A stretch of DNA of 64,000 nucleotides from a virus (Duplodnaviria; Caudoviricetes). Location: IMG/VR virus record IMGVR_UViG_3300028412_000003. One strand, written 5' to 3'. The notes under the pieces are model-generated. The model saw only the letters and a program-made list of their open reading frames with translations, was not told the origin of the DNA and ran no database searches. A program made the position numbers and the translations under genes. Shown here piece after piece: positions 7,856 to 17,199 of this stretch. Position 1 is the stretch's first letter, and every line of letters starts with the position of its first letter.

Positions 7856-10723
7856 TTAACCTAGAACGAGAGCCCAGATGGTACGAATTTCATCAAATTC
7901 TTCTTGATTTATATCTGCACCTTCTCCTAATGAAGGCACCCATTTAGTTCCGGTCCAGGATTCAAGTTCTTCTTCTGTTGTATTGTACCTAGTTAGGCCT
8001 TCTTCTGTTAATGTAGGCCTTTCTGCAGTAGTACCAGTTGGTAAAGATATACCAAATGTATCAGTAAATCTAACTTTACCAAAATCAGTTATATCAATAA
8101 TGAAAGTTGAATTAGTTTCATTTAACCAACTTTCATCATTGAATCCTATGTTTGTACCAATGTAGGTATTTCCAGAACCTCTTGCTAAAATTTCAAGATT
8201 TGAATTTGAATCAGAAGTTGCTATGGTATTGTTCTCTATTATTGTTCCATCTATGTGTACTCTTTCAAACTGAAAAGAGTTTACGTCAATATTTGCTACC
8301 TGTAAATCATCTGTTTTAAAATATATAGAATTAATTATTGGTACTGCTCTAATACCAGTTCTTCCGTCGTCTGAAAATAAACCAGATAATCTTTGATTAA
8401 ATGTAGAATATCCTTCAAAATTGTTTTCTTCAATATTATATCTTAAATCGCCAAGAGTTTCTCTTCTCTCTGCAGTAGTTCCTTTTGCTAATACAAGAGC
8501 AGAATTACCTGACAAATCAATTATATTAGTTGAAGAACTTAGAGTTATAGGTTGATTAAAATTAGATGACACTATGTTAGAATCTAAACTAATATTTGAA
8601 AATCTTACTTTTCCTAATCCGCTTGATCTTAAATCTAAATTAGAATTACTTTGAGTTGTTGTAATGACATTATTGAATATCTCTATATCATCAAATGCTA
8701 ATTTTTTTGCAAACAGAATATTCCAATTATAAGAGTTTGATCCAATGGTAAATCTGCTATCGTCTCCCGGATTTAAATTTTGATCAAACGGTACATTAAA
8801 ATCAACTGTATCAGTTTGTTCGCTACCTAGAGAAATAACATTGCCACTAATGTCTATATCACCTGTAATTTCTAAACTTCCCGAGATATTCATATTATCG
8901 TTGAAATAAATTAGATTACTATTTTGTGAAAGAAAATTAAGATCTCCGGTTACAGTAGAAATAGTATTATCTGTTATAAAGATATTTTGTTGAGTGATAG
9001 TTGATGCGGTAATTATAGTTTCTTTAAATCCGTCAACTATTTTAATTCTTGAACCTCCACTAAAGTTAATATTTCCTGAAATACTAGTAAACCCTTGTTC
9101 AAAGTCAACATAAAATGAATCACCTATTTTATATTTTCCTACAGAATCAATTGAGGTATAATATATTTTTCCATTGTTTGCTTCAATTATTTGATTATCT
9201 TCTATCTGAAGTGTTCTATCATTTTCTTTATCTTTACCAGAACCGATATAATGAAAATTATGATTAATTGCATAGACTAACGTGTCAGCACCGTCTGCTA
9301 ATATACCTTCTTCTCCGTAACACGAGGCAGAACCAATTACCCTTAATTCACCACCGTATTCTGTAGTAGAACCATCTAAACCAATTCTTCCTACGCCTTG
9401 ACTTACGTGAATAGATTTTGATCCAAAATATGTAAAGATATTAATTAATTCAGCACGAGCCCCATTTGTTACGGTTAAGATATCAGCGCCTGGGCAAATA
9501 AATGTTACAGAATAAAATAACATTGAAACATTAGGACTAGTTGAATTTATCTCAGCACCGTCTACTAGTGCTCCCCTACCTGCATCTCCTTCGTCGTAAC
9601 CTCTAGGATCATTATCAGGCGTTGACGAACCTTGTGTTATAACCGAACAATTTCTTACATAAGGAGAACGAGACACAATATCAATTTCGTTTTTAAAACG
9701 AAATGCGTATCCTGTATTACCTATACTATCATAAAAAAATCCAGTAACAGTAATATTTTCAATAGTAGTTGTATCATTTAATAAGAATGCATCGTTGCTT
9801 TCTGTACCTGTATTAGGACGAATAATAACGTTTCTCATTTCTTCTCCAGAAATAGCAACATTCTGAGGAACTTCTAATGGAAAGTCTTCATCGTATGTTC
9901 CCGGAGCAATGTGTATCATTACAGGTCCAGCAGATGATGCATCTGCAGCTTGAAGAGCAGCTTTTATAGTTCTAAGTGGTTCTTGAGTTCTAGTTCCCGT
10001 AAATGAATCACTACCGTTAGTTGACACATAAAATGTGTTTCCTTGTTCAAGTGTAACGTCTTGCCCTGGAAGATTTAATCCTTGTTCAAGAGTTAATGTT
10101 TCGATATTAACTCGATTTGCATATGCTCGTGCATATCTTTTTGAAGGAGTTCCTATTGAATTAAGATAATCAAATTTCGGAACTATGCTACTAGCAATTG
10201 GACCTGATATAGTTACGCTGTCAACCGTTGAATCATCACCAAATGTGATATTACCACCAATAGTTATATTACCGGTAGAGGTTAAATCACCTGATACATT
10301 AACTATACCAACTAAATCTATTTCTCCTGTACCATTTGGAGAAAATTCTAAATTAGCATTAGAATTGAGAGATGTAATTCGATTACCATCAAACAAAAAA
10401 TCATCTGTCTGTAATCCAGGTAATATAGTTTGAGATGCTGCACCTATTGTTAGATTACCGGTTACTACTGATAATGATCCATCTTGTACTGTTAGGTTTC
10501 CGTAATCTTGAGGATCTATTAGGATTACTTTGGTAAATTTAATTCCTCCTACTACTTCTAATTCAGTAGCAGGAGAATCAGTATTAATACCAATTCTACT
10601 ATTAACAGCATCAAGATAAAGCAATGGCGTGCTTAATGCCGTGTCTTTTATTGAAAGATTTCGACCGTTTAGAAGCAGATCTGCTTCTAACATCGGACCG
10701 CTTATACGTCCTAATTGTGCCAT
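7856..10723 (-). CDS. Large beta-helix fibre protein (955 aa), paralogue of 4028-7744 lacking the LamG insert
   Basis: MAQLGRISGPML start; shared SRSPY.RNCSVITQGS motif; FYVSTNGSD...IHIAPGTYDE; two GTTAER modules. Confidence 0.75.
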   Translation of the reverse strand: MAQLGRISGPMLEADLLLNGRNLSIKDTALSTPLLYLDAVNSRIGINTDSPATELEVVGGIKFTKVILIDPQDYGNLTVQDGSLSVVTGNLTIGAASQTILPGLQTDDFLFDGNRITSLNSNANLEFSPNGTGEIDLVGIVNVSGDLTSTGNITIGGNITFGDDSTVDSVTISGPIASSIVPKFDYLNSIGTPSKRYARAYANRVNIETLTLEQGLNLPGQDVTLEQGNTFYVSTNGSDSFTGTRTQEPLRTIKAALQAADASSAGPVMIHIAPGTYDEDFPLEVPQNVAISGEEMRNVIIRPNTGTESNDAFLLNDTTTIENITVTGFFYDSIGNTGYAFRFKNEIDIVSRSPYVRNCSVITQGSSTPDNDPRGYDEGDAGRGALVDGAEINSTSPNVSMLFYSVTFICPGADILTVTNGARAELINIFTYFGSKSIHVSQGVGRIGLDGSTTEYGGELRVIGSASCYGEEGILADGADTLVYAINHNFHYIGSGKDKENDRTLQIEDNQIIEANNGKIYYTSIDSVGKYKIGDSFYVDFEQGFTSISGNINFSGGSRIKIVDGFKETIITASTITQQNIFITDNTISTVTGDLNFLSQNSNLIYFNDNMNISGSLEITGDIDISGNVISLGSEQTDTVDFNVPFDQNLNPGDDSRFTIGSNSYNWNILFAKKLAFDDIEIFNNVITTTQSNSNLDLRSSGLGKVRFSNISLDSNIVSSNFNQPITLSSSTNIIDLSGNSALVLAKGTTAERRETLGDLRYNIEENNFEGYSTFNQRLSGLFSDDGRTGIRAVPIINSIYFKTDDLQVANIDVNSFQFERVHIDGTIIENNTIATSDSNSNLEILARGSGNTYIGTNIGFNDESWLNETNSTFIIDITDFGKVRFTDTFGISLPTGTTAERPTLTEEGLTRYNTTEEELESWTGTKWVPSLGEGADINQEEFDEIRTIWALVLG

Positions 10724-10740
10724 ATATTACCCCTTATGAG

Positions 10741-10748
10741 TATTTATA
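10741..10748 (-). promoter_or_regulatory. T4-type late promoter TATAAATA
   Basis: Exact consensus 18 nt upstream of the ATG at 10723. Confidence 0.75.
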
Positions 10749-10753
10749 GCATA

Positions 10754-11257
10754 TCACTTATCAAAATTGTGTAATACTGTAACTGGTTTTCCTAGAGGCG
10801 GTGGAGTTCCAAATTGTATATAAAATCCAGGTGCATAAGGACCAGCTGGGTTTTGAACTAATGTATAATTGGTGGTTGCTATTTGAAAAACATTTTCAAC
10901 TAATACCAAAATTGATTCTGCGCTGTCTGGAACAGGAAACGAAGGATCTCCTGAATTTAATGGACCAAATACTGTTTCAGCATCGTCACCAACGCCAAGA
11001 TTTTGTTGCACAATATTTCCAGGAGCAGAAGTACCAATATCAGTCCAGGAATTTCCAACATAAAATTCAAAAATATTATTATCAGTATTGTAACGCATCA
11101 TTCCATTTTCAGGAGTTTGTGGACGTTCACTTGTATTTCCAATTGGCACCCTTACTGATTTAGTTGAGTCCATAACAATTTCTCGATTGGTTTCGTACCG
11201 GACACCGTTACCTCGTATAACTCTTAAATTTGTAGAATTTGCTTTAATTAATCTCAT
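10754..11257 (-). CDS. Virion structural protein (167 aa) carrying the fibre-associated GTTAERP/RYNT module
   Basis: VPIGNTSERP..PENGMMRYNTDNNIFEFY matches modules in the two large fibres; the C-terminal GDDAETVF...VLVENVFQ resembles Ig-like repeats in the 5035-aa protein. Confidence 0.7.
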   Translation of the reverse strand: MRLIKANSTNLRVIRGNGVRYETNREIVMDSTKSVRVPIGNTSERPQTPENGMMRYNTDNNIFEFYVGNSWTDIGTSAPGNIVQQNLGVGDDAETVFGPLNSGDPSFPVPDSAESILVLVENVFQIATTNYTLVQNPAGPYAPGFYIQFGTPPPLGKPVTVLHNFDK

Positions 11258-11595
11258 TATACTTCCAAATAACTCACAGTTGCTGATAAAGTATTAGGAG
11301 AATCGCCGACTACTACAATGCTGTCGCCGTCGCCTAATATTATTTTTTCTGAATCAAAAGTAAATGTTTCTCCAGCCGGAAGCTCAAGATCATTTATAAC
11401 CTGATTAGTAGTATTTTTTGGATCACCTTGTTGGACAAGGTGCATATCAAAGGTTGTTTTACCATCATCTTCGTCAAGTGGATTTGGTGTCCAAGTATTG
11501 CAGACTAAGATTGTTGTTACCGCATATTGTTTACCTGCTGGTACGAGTAATAATACGGTGTCAGTACTCGCTATTGCCACGCTATTTATTGCCAT
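11257..11595 (-). CDS. Small beta-rich fibre adaptor/structural protein (112 aa)
   Basis: Paralogue of 3694-4023; 1-nt overlap with the downstream gene. Confidence 0.65.
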   Translation of the reverse strand: MAINSVAIASTDTVLLLVPAGKQYAVTTILVCNTWTPNPLDEDDGKTTFDMHLVQQGDPKNTTNQVINDLELPAGETFTFDSEKIILGDGDSIVVVGDSPNTLSATVSYLEV

Positions 11596-11605
11596 TTTTG
11601 TTCCT

Positions 11606-12592
11606 TTAGAATATCATGCTTAAAACTAAGGCTTTATTCTTTGAAATTAATTCTCCACCTGTGTCATTAGCAGTAACAAAGTATATACCAGTTCCGCCTG
11701 TTCCTTCAGTGCTAGTATAGATTGCAACACCATCTACTGGTGTTGGAGGTGTAGTAGTTAGATCATCAATACCAGGAACTGAATTAATAACGATTGTATC
11801 ATCTATTCTAATTACTCCTGTTCCTGGAGAAGATAATACAAGATCTTGGTTAGAATCAATTACTTGTATCTTCGTTCCATCAAATCGAAAACCTGCTACT
11901 TCAAATCTATCAGGCGTTAAGGTTGAAACAACAACTCCATCTAACGCAATTTCAATAGAACTAGGATCACCTGTAGTTTCAAAATCTTGTACTTCAATGT
12001 ATGATTTTGTAACAGTTCCATCTTCAATTCTAACTTGGAAAACTGAAGTTAAAGAAGCGGCAATTGCATCGTCTACGAATTTTTTGTTAGGTATGTCATT
12101 ATCATCTGTAACAAAACTTGAATAGTTTGCACTGATAACTGCTAATACACCGTCGCCACCGTCAAAATCAAAATTGATGTCAGAGTCTGTTCCGCCATCA
12201 TGTGCAACAATTGCAGTGGTTTTTATAGCAAGAGTTTTATCATTTCCGTCTTTGCTATGCCATGCTCCTGTTACTGTAGTTTCAGTTATTGGATCTTCAT
12301 ATGTTATTGAATCATCAAATACCCAACGTGCATTAACTAAACTACCTCTTTCAATTTCTAAACCTGAAGTACCTAAAGTAATTCCTGCGCCTTGTTCACC
12401 ACTATTGAGGACAATTGTATTGTCCTCAATAGTCATTTCAGAAGTATTAATAGTTGTGGTTGTTCCATCAACTATTAAGTTACCTGTTATACGAACAAAG
12501 CCTTGATCAATTCCAGTGTCAAGAAGAATGGTTCCTCCGTCTTGAACGTAGATATTATAATTACCATTAGGTATATTGAGGACTTTGCTCAT
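11606..12592 (-). CDS. Virion structural/fibre-like protein (328 aa)
   Basis: ITGNLIVDGTTTTINT..MTIEDNTIVLN...GLEIERG motif, also present in 58358-60193 (ISGNLIVEGSTTNID...VQDKNIEL). Confidence 0.65.
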   Translation of the reverse strand: MSKVLNIPNGNYNIYVQDGGTILLDTGIDQGFVRITGNLIVDGTTTTINTSEMTIEDNTIVLNSGEQGAGITLGTSGLEIERGSLVNARWVFDDSITYEDPITETTVTGAWHSKDGNDKTLAIKTTAIVAHDGGTDSDINFDFDGGDGVLAVISANYSSFVTDDNDIPNKKFVDDAIAASLTSVFQVRIEDGTVTKSYIEVQDFETTGDPSSIEIALDGVVVSTLTPDRFEVAGFRFDGTKIQVIDSNQDLVLSSPGTGVIRIDDTIVINSVPGIDDLTTTPPTPVDGVAIYTSTEGTGGTGIYFVTANDTGGELISKNKALVLSMIF

Positions 12593-12602
12593 TTATCAAT
12601 CC

Positions 12603-12962
12603 TTAAACTGCTGTTAGTATAAGTACGGTTTCTGTTGAATCGTCTTGTACTTCCCATGTATAACGATTGCTGTTAAAGTCAATTGCTGTACGATTAAACA
12701 ATTTTTGAATAGTAACTCGACCAACTCCGCCTGAAACATTACCAAAAATAACCATTTCACCTTCTGCAATAGCACCAATTGCTTTATCAACAAGTCTGCA
12801 ATCAAGTGTAGTTGTACCGTCGGTTACTTTAAATTTATTTGTTCCTCTTTGAGAGATAATATATGCTGTATCAACAGCGCCATTACCTGTATCTGCTTCA
12901 ACACGCAGTTGTGTTCCACCTACCGGATCACCAAAATATCTTTTATTTACTGGACGTCCCAT
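12603..12962 (-). CDS. Hypothetical late protein immediately downstream of the MCP (119 aa), possible head decoration protein
   Basis: Strong AAAGGAG RBS, its own late promoter and a structured leader; function inferred from position only. Confidence 0.65.
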   Translation of the reverse strand: MGRPVNKRYFGDPVGGTQLRVEADTGNGAVDTAYIISQRGTNKFKVTDGTTTLDCRLVDKAIGAIAEGEMVIFGNVSGGVGRVTIQKLFNRTAIDFNSNRYTWEVQDDSTETVLILTAV

Positions 12963-13048
12963 TTGTTTTCTCCTTTGACGTTCTAGGTCATTACGGGGTG
13001 GGTAACCCCATAAGTCCGTTGTTACGGTTCTTTGACATTGTATTTATG
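12963..13048 (-). promoter_or_regulatory. Late promoter (CATAAATA, 13041-13048) with a three-hairpin 5' leader
   Basis: Hairpins CCGT-AACA-ACGG, TTATGGGGT-TACCC-ACCCCGTAA and TGAC-CTAGAAC-GTCA directly before the RBS. Confidence 0.6.
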
Positions 13049-13050
13049 TC

Positions 13051-13078
13051 AAAAGGAAAGGCCCTTTCGGGCCTTTCC
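13051..13078 (-). terminator. Rho-independent terminator after the major capsid gene
   Basis: GGAAAGGCCC-GAAA-GGGCCTTTCC perfect 10-bp stem with a GNRA loop followed by TTTT. Confidence 0.85.
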
Positions 13079-13094
13079 AACTTGTTTTTCAGTA

Positions 13095-14273
13095 TTACTG
13101 GAAAGTAACGGTACCGTTAGTAATTCCAACAAGACCTAGATAGTCAGCTGCATTACCAAGCGACGAAGCTGTGTTGTTAAGCTCAACATACCCGTAACGA
13201 GTCATAAAGCTAACGACTGGCTCAAAAGTCGATGGATCAAGCACTGTACCAGAGCTCATTAGTGGTATATATGGGCAGTAGAATGCAGGAGCATCCGACT
13301 CACTAGCACCCTTATAACCAACAAGAACGCCGGTGCTGTCTGATGCATAGGTGTTCACATAAACGCGCATTGAACCGTTTAGAGTACCAGCAAACTTTGT
13401 GTTTGTTGGTGCTTCAAACGAACCTTCAGTTGTACGTGCAAATGCCGAAGTAGTTGCACTCTGTAGGATGGTTAGCGTGAATGGTGAAACAACACACCAG
13501 TTACCAGCGCCACGACGTGTGCGCTGTGCGATCAAGTTTGATACTCTGTTGATCTGAACAGCAAGAGCTGCGTGCTCGTCACCAACGAAAGTAGCAGTAC
13601 CAGAAACGCTTGACTGATCATATGTAAGTGCCGCAGCGCCCGCAAGTGAGTTTAGGCTCTGTAGAACTTCCTGATCAATTTCAGCAGTAATTTCCTGTGC
13701 TAATGCCGCCATGATTTCTGCCTCAACATCAATACCGTGTTGTGACTGAGCATCCTGTGCAGATTCAAAAGTCCAGCGAGCAGATAGCTTACGCGTCTTT
13801 GCTTCGACTGTTTGCTTTAGGATCTGGATGTTCATGCGGTTACCAGGAACAGCTTCAAGACTAGCTGTTGGTCCAGCCTTATCATCTGCAGCGTTACCGG
13901 AGTAACCCTCTGCAATCTTGAATGGGCTGAGTGCTTCTTCACCTGCTCCAACATCAGTACCAGTAGCACTGTTGAATGAATCGGCGTAGCGTACACGTAG
14001 AGTGTGGATCTGACCAACCGGACCAGTCATAGGCTGTACGCCAACTAGTTCGTTTGCAATTACAGTAGGCATAACCCTACGGATAACTGGCAGGATGACC
14101 CTGTTTAGTGTTGCAACGTTACCTGCGCTTGTCGCGCCTGCAGTTGCGGTTTCTGCAAGATACTTGCGGGTATTTTCAAGTGTGACGTCCATGACACCTT
14201 TTTTGGTACCATTAAGCCCCTCTAAAAGAGCACCCTTAGTTTCTTGCCAGCGGCTTTCTAATAGTTCTGACAT
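13095..14273 (-). CDS. gp23: Major capsid protein, T4 gp23-like (392 aa)
   Basis: Motifs VILPVIRRVMP...ELVGVQPMTGPVGQIHTLR, EAKTRKLSARWT.E.AQD, RRGAGNW, FYCPYIPL, MTRYG. Confidence 0.95.
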   Translation of the reverse strand: MSELLESRWQETKGALLEGLNGTKKGVMDVTLENTRKYLAETATAGATSAGNVATLNRVILPVIRRVMPTVIANELVGVQPMTGPVGQIHTLRVRYADSFNSATGTDVGAGEEALSPFKIAEGYSGNAADDKAGPTASLEAVPGNRMNIQILKQTVEAKTRKLSARWTFESAQDAQSQHGIDVEAEIMAALAQEITAEIDQEVLQSLNSLAGAAALTYDQSSVSGTATFVGDEHAALAVQINRVSNLIAQRTRRGAGNWCVVSPFTLTILQSATTSAFARTTEGSFEAPTNTKFAGTLNGSMRVYVNTYASDSTGVLVGYKGASESDAPAFYCPYIPLMSSGTVLDPSTFEPVVSFMTRYGYVELNNTASSLGNAADYLGLVGITNGTVTFQ

Positions 14274-14285
14274 AGTGTTCTCCTT

Positions 14286-15377
14286 TTATATTCCAGCAAG
14301 TCTACGCAGCTCTACCACGTTCTCATTGCTTGTACTACGTTTGTCATTTAATTCTCTGTTGCCTGTTACTGATGTGCCTTCATTAAGTTGTGCCTTCTGC
14401 TTAGATGGACCTTTCCCTTCGTTTACAACGGAAGGAAGATATCGTTCAAATGATGCTTGTAGCTTCGGAGTTTGAACACTTTCCAATAAGTCTTTCATTA
14501 TTTCTCGCTGTTCACGTCCTAATGGAGCAATAAGCTCATTAATGGTGTCTTTACGCGACTGAGATTCAACTAACATTTTCTTCTCATTTGCCGCAGTTTC
14601 TACGAGATTCTTTGCCTTCGCCGCAAATGTACGAGCTTCTGCAAGTTGCTTATCCTTAACGGAAAGAACCTTCATAAGTTTAGCCGTTTCTGACTTCTCA
14701 TTTAGATAGCTTGTATTGTATTCGCTTGAAAATGCTTCGAATATTTTACGACCAAAGTCGTTCTTACGCGCAATATGGATGTCTTCCTTAAGCTGTTTAA
14801 TTTCGCTCTGTAGTGTCTTTGCAGTAGTTTCTGCAACCAATTTTGCGCTTCTTTCAATAAAGTTGTTCTTAACTTTGTTGAAGTGTGCCTTGCCCTCTCG
14901 GACTAGACGAACCTTAGTTTCTGCAAGGTCCTTTTTGTCTTCATAAAATTCTGCTATTTCTTTAGCAAGAGATTCAACAACAAACTCTTCTAACTTTGCG
15001 AAGTTATCAGCAACAAGTTTCTGGTCCTCGTGGAGGTCCTTAATTTCTTCTGATAATTGCTTGGTAACAAATTTCTGCATCAACTTTGCATTTTCACGCA
15101 TTGCCACCGCATATTTTGCCTTTGCTTCAGCAAGTTGTTCACGATCTTCTTTAAGTTCAGCCATCTCTACAGATAGACGTTCCTCAAGCATTGATTCAAT
15201 TGCTTCAATCATTACTTCTTTGTCGTGTTTGTACTTCTTTGCAAATTCTTCGCGAAGTTCACCTGTTACGCTAAGACGATTTTCTTTCACCTTTGCGTTC
15301 CATGCTTCTTCGATCTCGCTCTTGATTTCTTCAGAAACAACATTGTTTTCGAATAGTGTTTTTAGTGCATCCAACAT
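14286..15377 (-). CDS. gp22: Prohead scaffold protein, T4 gp22-like (363 aa)
   Basis: Glu/Lys-rich coiled coil lying between the protease and the MCP; C-terminus ...ELRRLAGI. Confidence 0.8.
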   Translation of the reverse strand: MLDALKTLFENNVVSEEIKSEIEEAWNAKVKENRLSVTGELREEFAKKYKHDKEVMIEAIESMLEERLSVEMAELKEDREQLAEAKAKYAVAMRENAKLMQKFVTKQLSEEIKDLHEDQKLVADNFAKLEEFVVESLAKEIAEFYEDKKDLAETKVRLVREGKAHFNKVKNNFIERSAKLVAETTAKTLQSEIKQLKEDIHIARKNDFGRKIFEAFSSEYNTSYLNEKSETAKLMKVLSVKDKQLAEARTFAAKAKNLVETAANEKKMLVESQSRKDTINELIAPLGREQREIMKDLLESVQTPKLQASFERYLPSVVNEGKGPSKQKAQLNEGTSVTGNRELNDKRSTSNENVVELRRLAGI

Positions 15378-15391
15378 ATGTTTCTCTCCTT

Positions 15392-16030
15392 TTATTGGAG
15401 TCCCCTGATCACATTGATCAGCGATTCTTTAAGATACTTCTGTGCCTTTGGGTCGTTCATTGTTGCCTCTGCGAGTCTAAATGAGGCGTATCCGCCTTTT
15501 GTGTTCATTAAATGCTCGTATATTGGTGTCGGGTATGCGCCCGGCGCGCTAGGTTGTGCAACGATGTCAACGGTGATAATCTCAAAACCTGAGACCTCAC
15601 CGTTGCCATCTTCACTTACATTTCCACTACCACGAGATGAAACTCCTAACTTAACTCCGCTTTCAAGCATTGTCTGTATTAGTTTTCCCTTCTCAGTTGG
15701 TAATATTTTTAGTTTACCATAACCGTTTGCTTCATCCATCCACATTCCTGTAATCATATGAGACACTCGGTCAAGGTTTATATTAAGGCCATCTGGATGA
15801 TCAACTTCTCCGAGAACTGAATAACCTCCTATGATTTGATCGTTAAGAGTTTTGACAGCCCTACCAATTTCGTTCACAGGGTAAACTCGTTGGTTTGCAT
15901 TACGCACACCACCTTGGATACAAATACCCTTAAGGTAAAGATCCTTACCACCATTTGGATTATCAGCAGACTCAACGACCATTTTAGCTTGGTCCATTGT
16001 CAATGTCTCTCGTAGAAAGTTGTTTGCCAT
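15392..16030 (-). CDS. gp21: Prohead protease, T4 gp21-like (212 aa)
   Basis: LYLKGICIQG..RNANQRVYP, LGEVDHP, LGVSSRG.G and D.VAQPSAPGAY motifs. Confidence 0.93.
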   Translation of the reverse strand: MANNFLRETLTMDQAKMVVESADNPNGGKDLYLKGICIQGGVRNANQRVYPVNEIGRAVKTLNDQIIGGYSVLGEVDHPDGLNINLDRVSHMITGMWMDEANGYGKLKILPTEKGKLIQTMLESGVKLGVSSRGSGNVSEDGNGEVSGFEIITVDIVAQPSAPGAYPTPIYEHLMNTKGGYASFRLAEATMNDPKAQKYLKESLINVIRGLQ

Positions 16031-16043
16031 CTATTTAATTGCC

Positions 16044-17093
16044 TTACTTCTTGCTACCAATTAAGCTGCGCTTATTTGGAGCAGTATCAGCTGCGCCCTT
16101 CTTTTCAGTGCCGTGGCCCTTAGGCATTGGCTTGTTAGACTTAGCAGCCTTTCCACCTGGTACATTTACATTACCGTGTGAATCTTCTTTCTTGTTCTGA
16201 TCGTTTAGTGCAGAACCCTTAATATTACCCTTGTTTGCTTCTCCTGAATTTTCAGTATCTGTACGTAGGATATTTTGGCTTGTTCCGCCCATATCGTTCT
16301 TAGAAGCAACAGTAGATTTAGTATTTGCACCATTTTCTGTCTTACCTAAAACGCTATTATTGTCTAGGCCACCACCGTTGATTTTATCAACGTATTCGCG
16401 CATTACTTCACCTTGTGTCTTCTTTCTTTCGGTAACTCCTTCGTCGTCGTCATCGTCAGATTCAAAAGAAAAGTCTTCAAATTCATAACCTTCTTCTTCA
16501 TTGTCGTCGTCGTCTTCACCGTCGTCGCTATCGTCATCTTCTTCGTCGTCACCGCCAAAAGTCTGTTGGTCATCGTCGCTATCGTCGCTATCGTCATCTT
16601 CTTCGTCGTCATCGCCCATCATCTTGTTAAATTCGGCCTTTAGATCGTCAAGTGCATCTTCTAAGTCAACAACTCGGTCTCCTATGTCACCGTCGTCGTC
16701 TTCATCGCCCATGTCGCCCATGTCGTCGCTATCGTCATCTTCTTCGTCGTCATCGCCACCAAAACTAACATCCTTCATCAAGTTGTCAGTTGGATCTGCT
16801 TCTACTTCAAATTCACCGAGATCAAAATCTTCTTCTAGATCGTCATCGTCATCGTCGTCTTCTTCTAGATCGTCATCTTCTGACTCATCAACGTCGTCAT
16901 CATCGTCGTCTTCTAGATCATCATCGTCTGACTCATCAACGTCTTCATCATCGAGGTCAGCTTCGAGAATTGTTTCATAAATTGTGCGAGACTGCTCAAC
17001 AACAATTTCGTGAAATAGCTCAGTAGCTCCTTCACGATCTTCGTTGACGAGAAGTTCTAGCATCTTTTCAAATTTTTGCTTGTCTGCCATCAT
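16044..17093 (-). CDS. Extremely acidic low-complexity prohead core/internal protein (349 aa), positional analogue of T4 gp67/68
   Basis: Long Asp/Glu tracts; position between portal and protease; preceded by a late promoter and GGAG RBS. Confidence 0.65.
   Translation of the reverse strand: MMADKQKFEKMLELLVNEDREGATELFHEIVVEQSRTIYETILEADLDDEDVDESDDDDLEDDDDDDVDESEDDDLEEDDDDDDDLEEDFDLGEFEVEADPTDNLMKDVSFGGDDDEEDDDSDDMGDMGDEDDDGDIGDRVVDLEDALDDLKAEFNKMMGDDDEEDDDSDDSDDDQQTFGGDDEEDDDSDDGEDDDDNEEEGYEFEDFSFESDDDDDEGVTERKKTQGEVMREYVDKINGGGLDNNSVLGKTENGANTKSTVASKNDMGGTSQNILRTDTENSGEANKGNIKGSALNDQNKKEDSHGNVNVPGGKAAKSNKPMPKGHGTEKKGAADTAPNKRSLIGSKK
16500..16960 (-). repeat. Coding low-complexity repeats (three DDEEDDDSDD copies; DVDES and DDDLEE repeats)
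   Basis: gtcgctatcgtcatcttcttcgtcgtca recurs near 16525, 16584 and 16725. Confidence 0.8.
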
Positions 17094-17134
17094 TATCTCC
17101 TATATGGTTTATTACCTAGCAAGGCTGTCAATAA

Positions 17135-17141
17135 TATTTAG
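17135..17141 (-). promoter_or_regulatory. Late promoter CTAAATA
   Basis: TAAATA core 42 nt upstream of the ATG at 17093. Confidence 0.6.
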
Positions 17142-17170
17142 TGATTATGAAATAATCGGGTAGGAAACAA

Positions 17171-17193
17171 TGCCAAAAGAGGTATTTTTGGCA
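17171..17193 (-). terminator. Probable terminator hairpin after the DUF115-like gene
   Basis: TGCCAAAA/TTTTGGCA 8-bp stem followed by a weak TTGTTT tail. Confidence 0.5.
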
Positions 17194-17199
17194 AAGTTC

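Noticed and set aside
6681-9671. Diversity-generating retroelement TR/VR pair
   Set aside because: Both copies are mid-gene and coding with one mismatch, and no reverse transcriptase is in the window.
16500-16960. Repeats as a CRISPR array
   Set aside because: They are in-frame codon repeats with irregular spacing and no unique spacers, and no cas genes are present.
16403-17026. Poly-Ser, poly-Thr and Arg/His ORFs (16501-16980 +, 16403-16612 -, 16790-17026 +)
   Set aside because: Shadow frames of the GAC/GAT/GAA-rich acidic gene.
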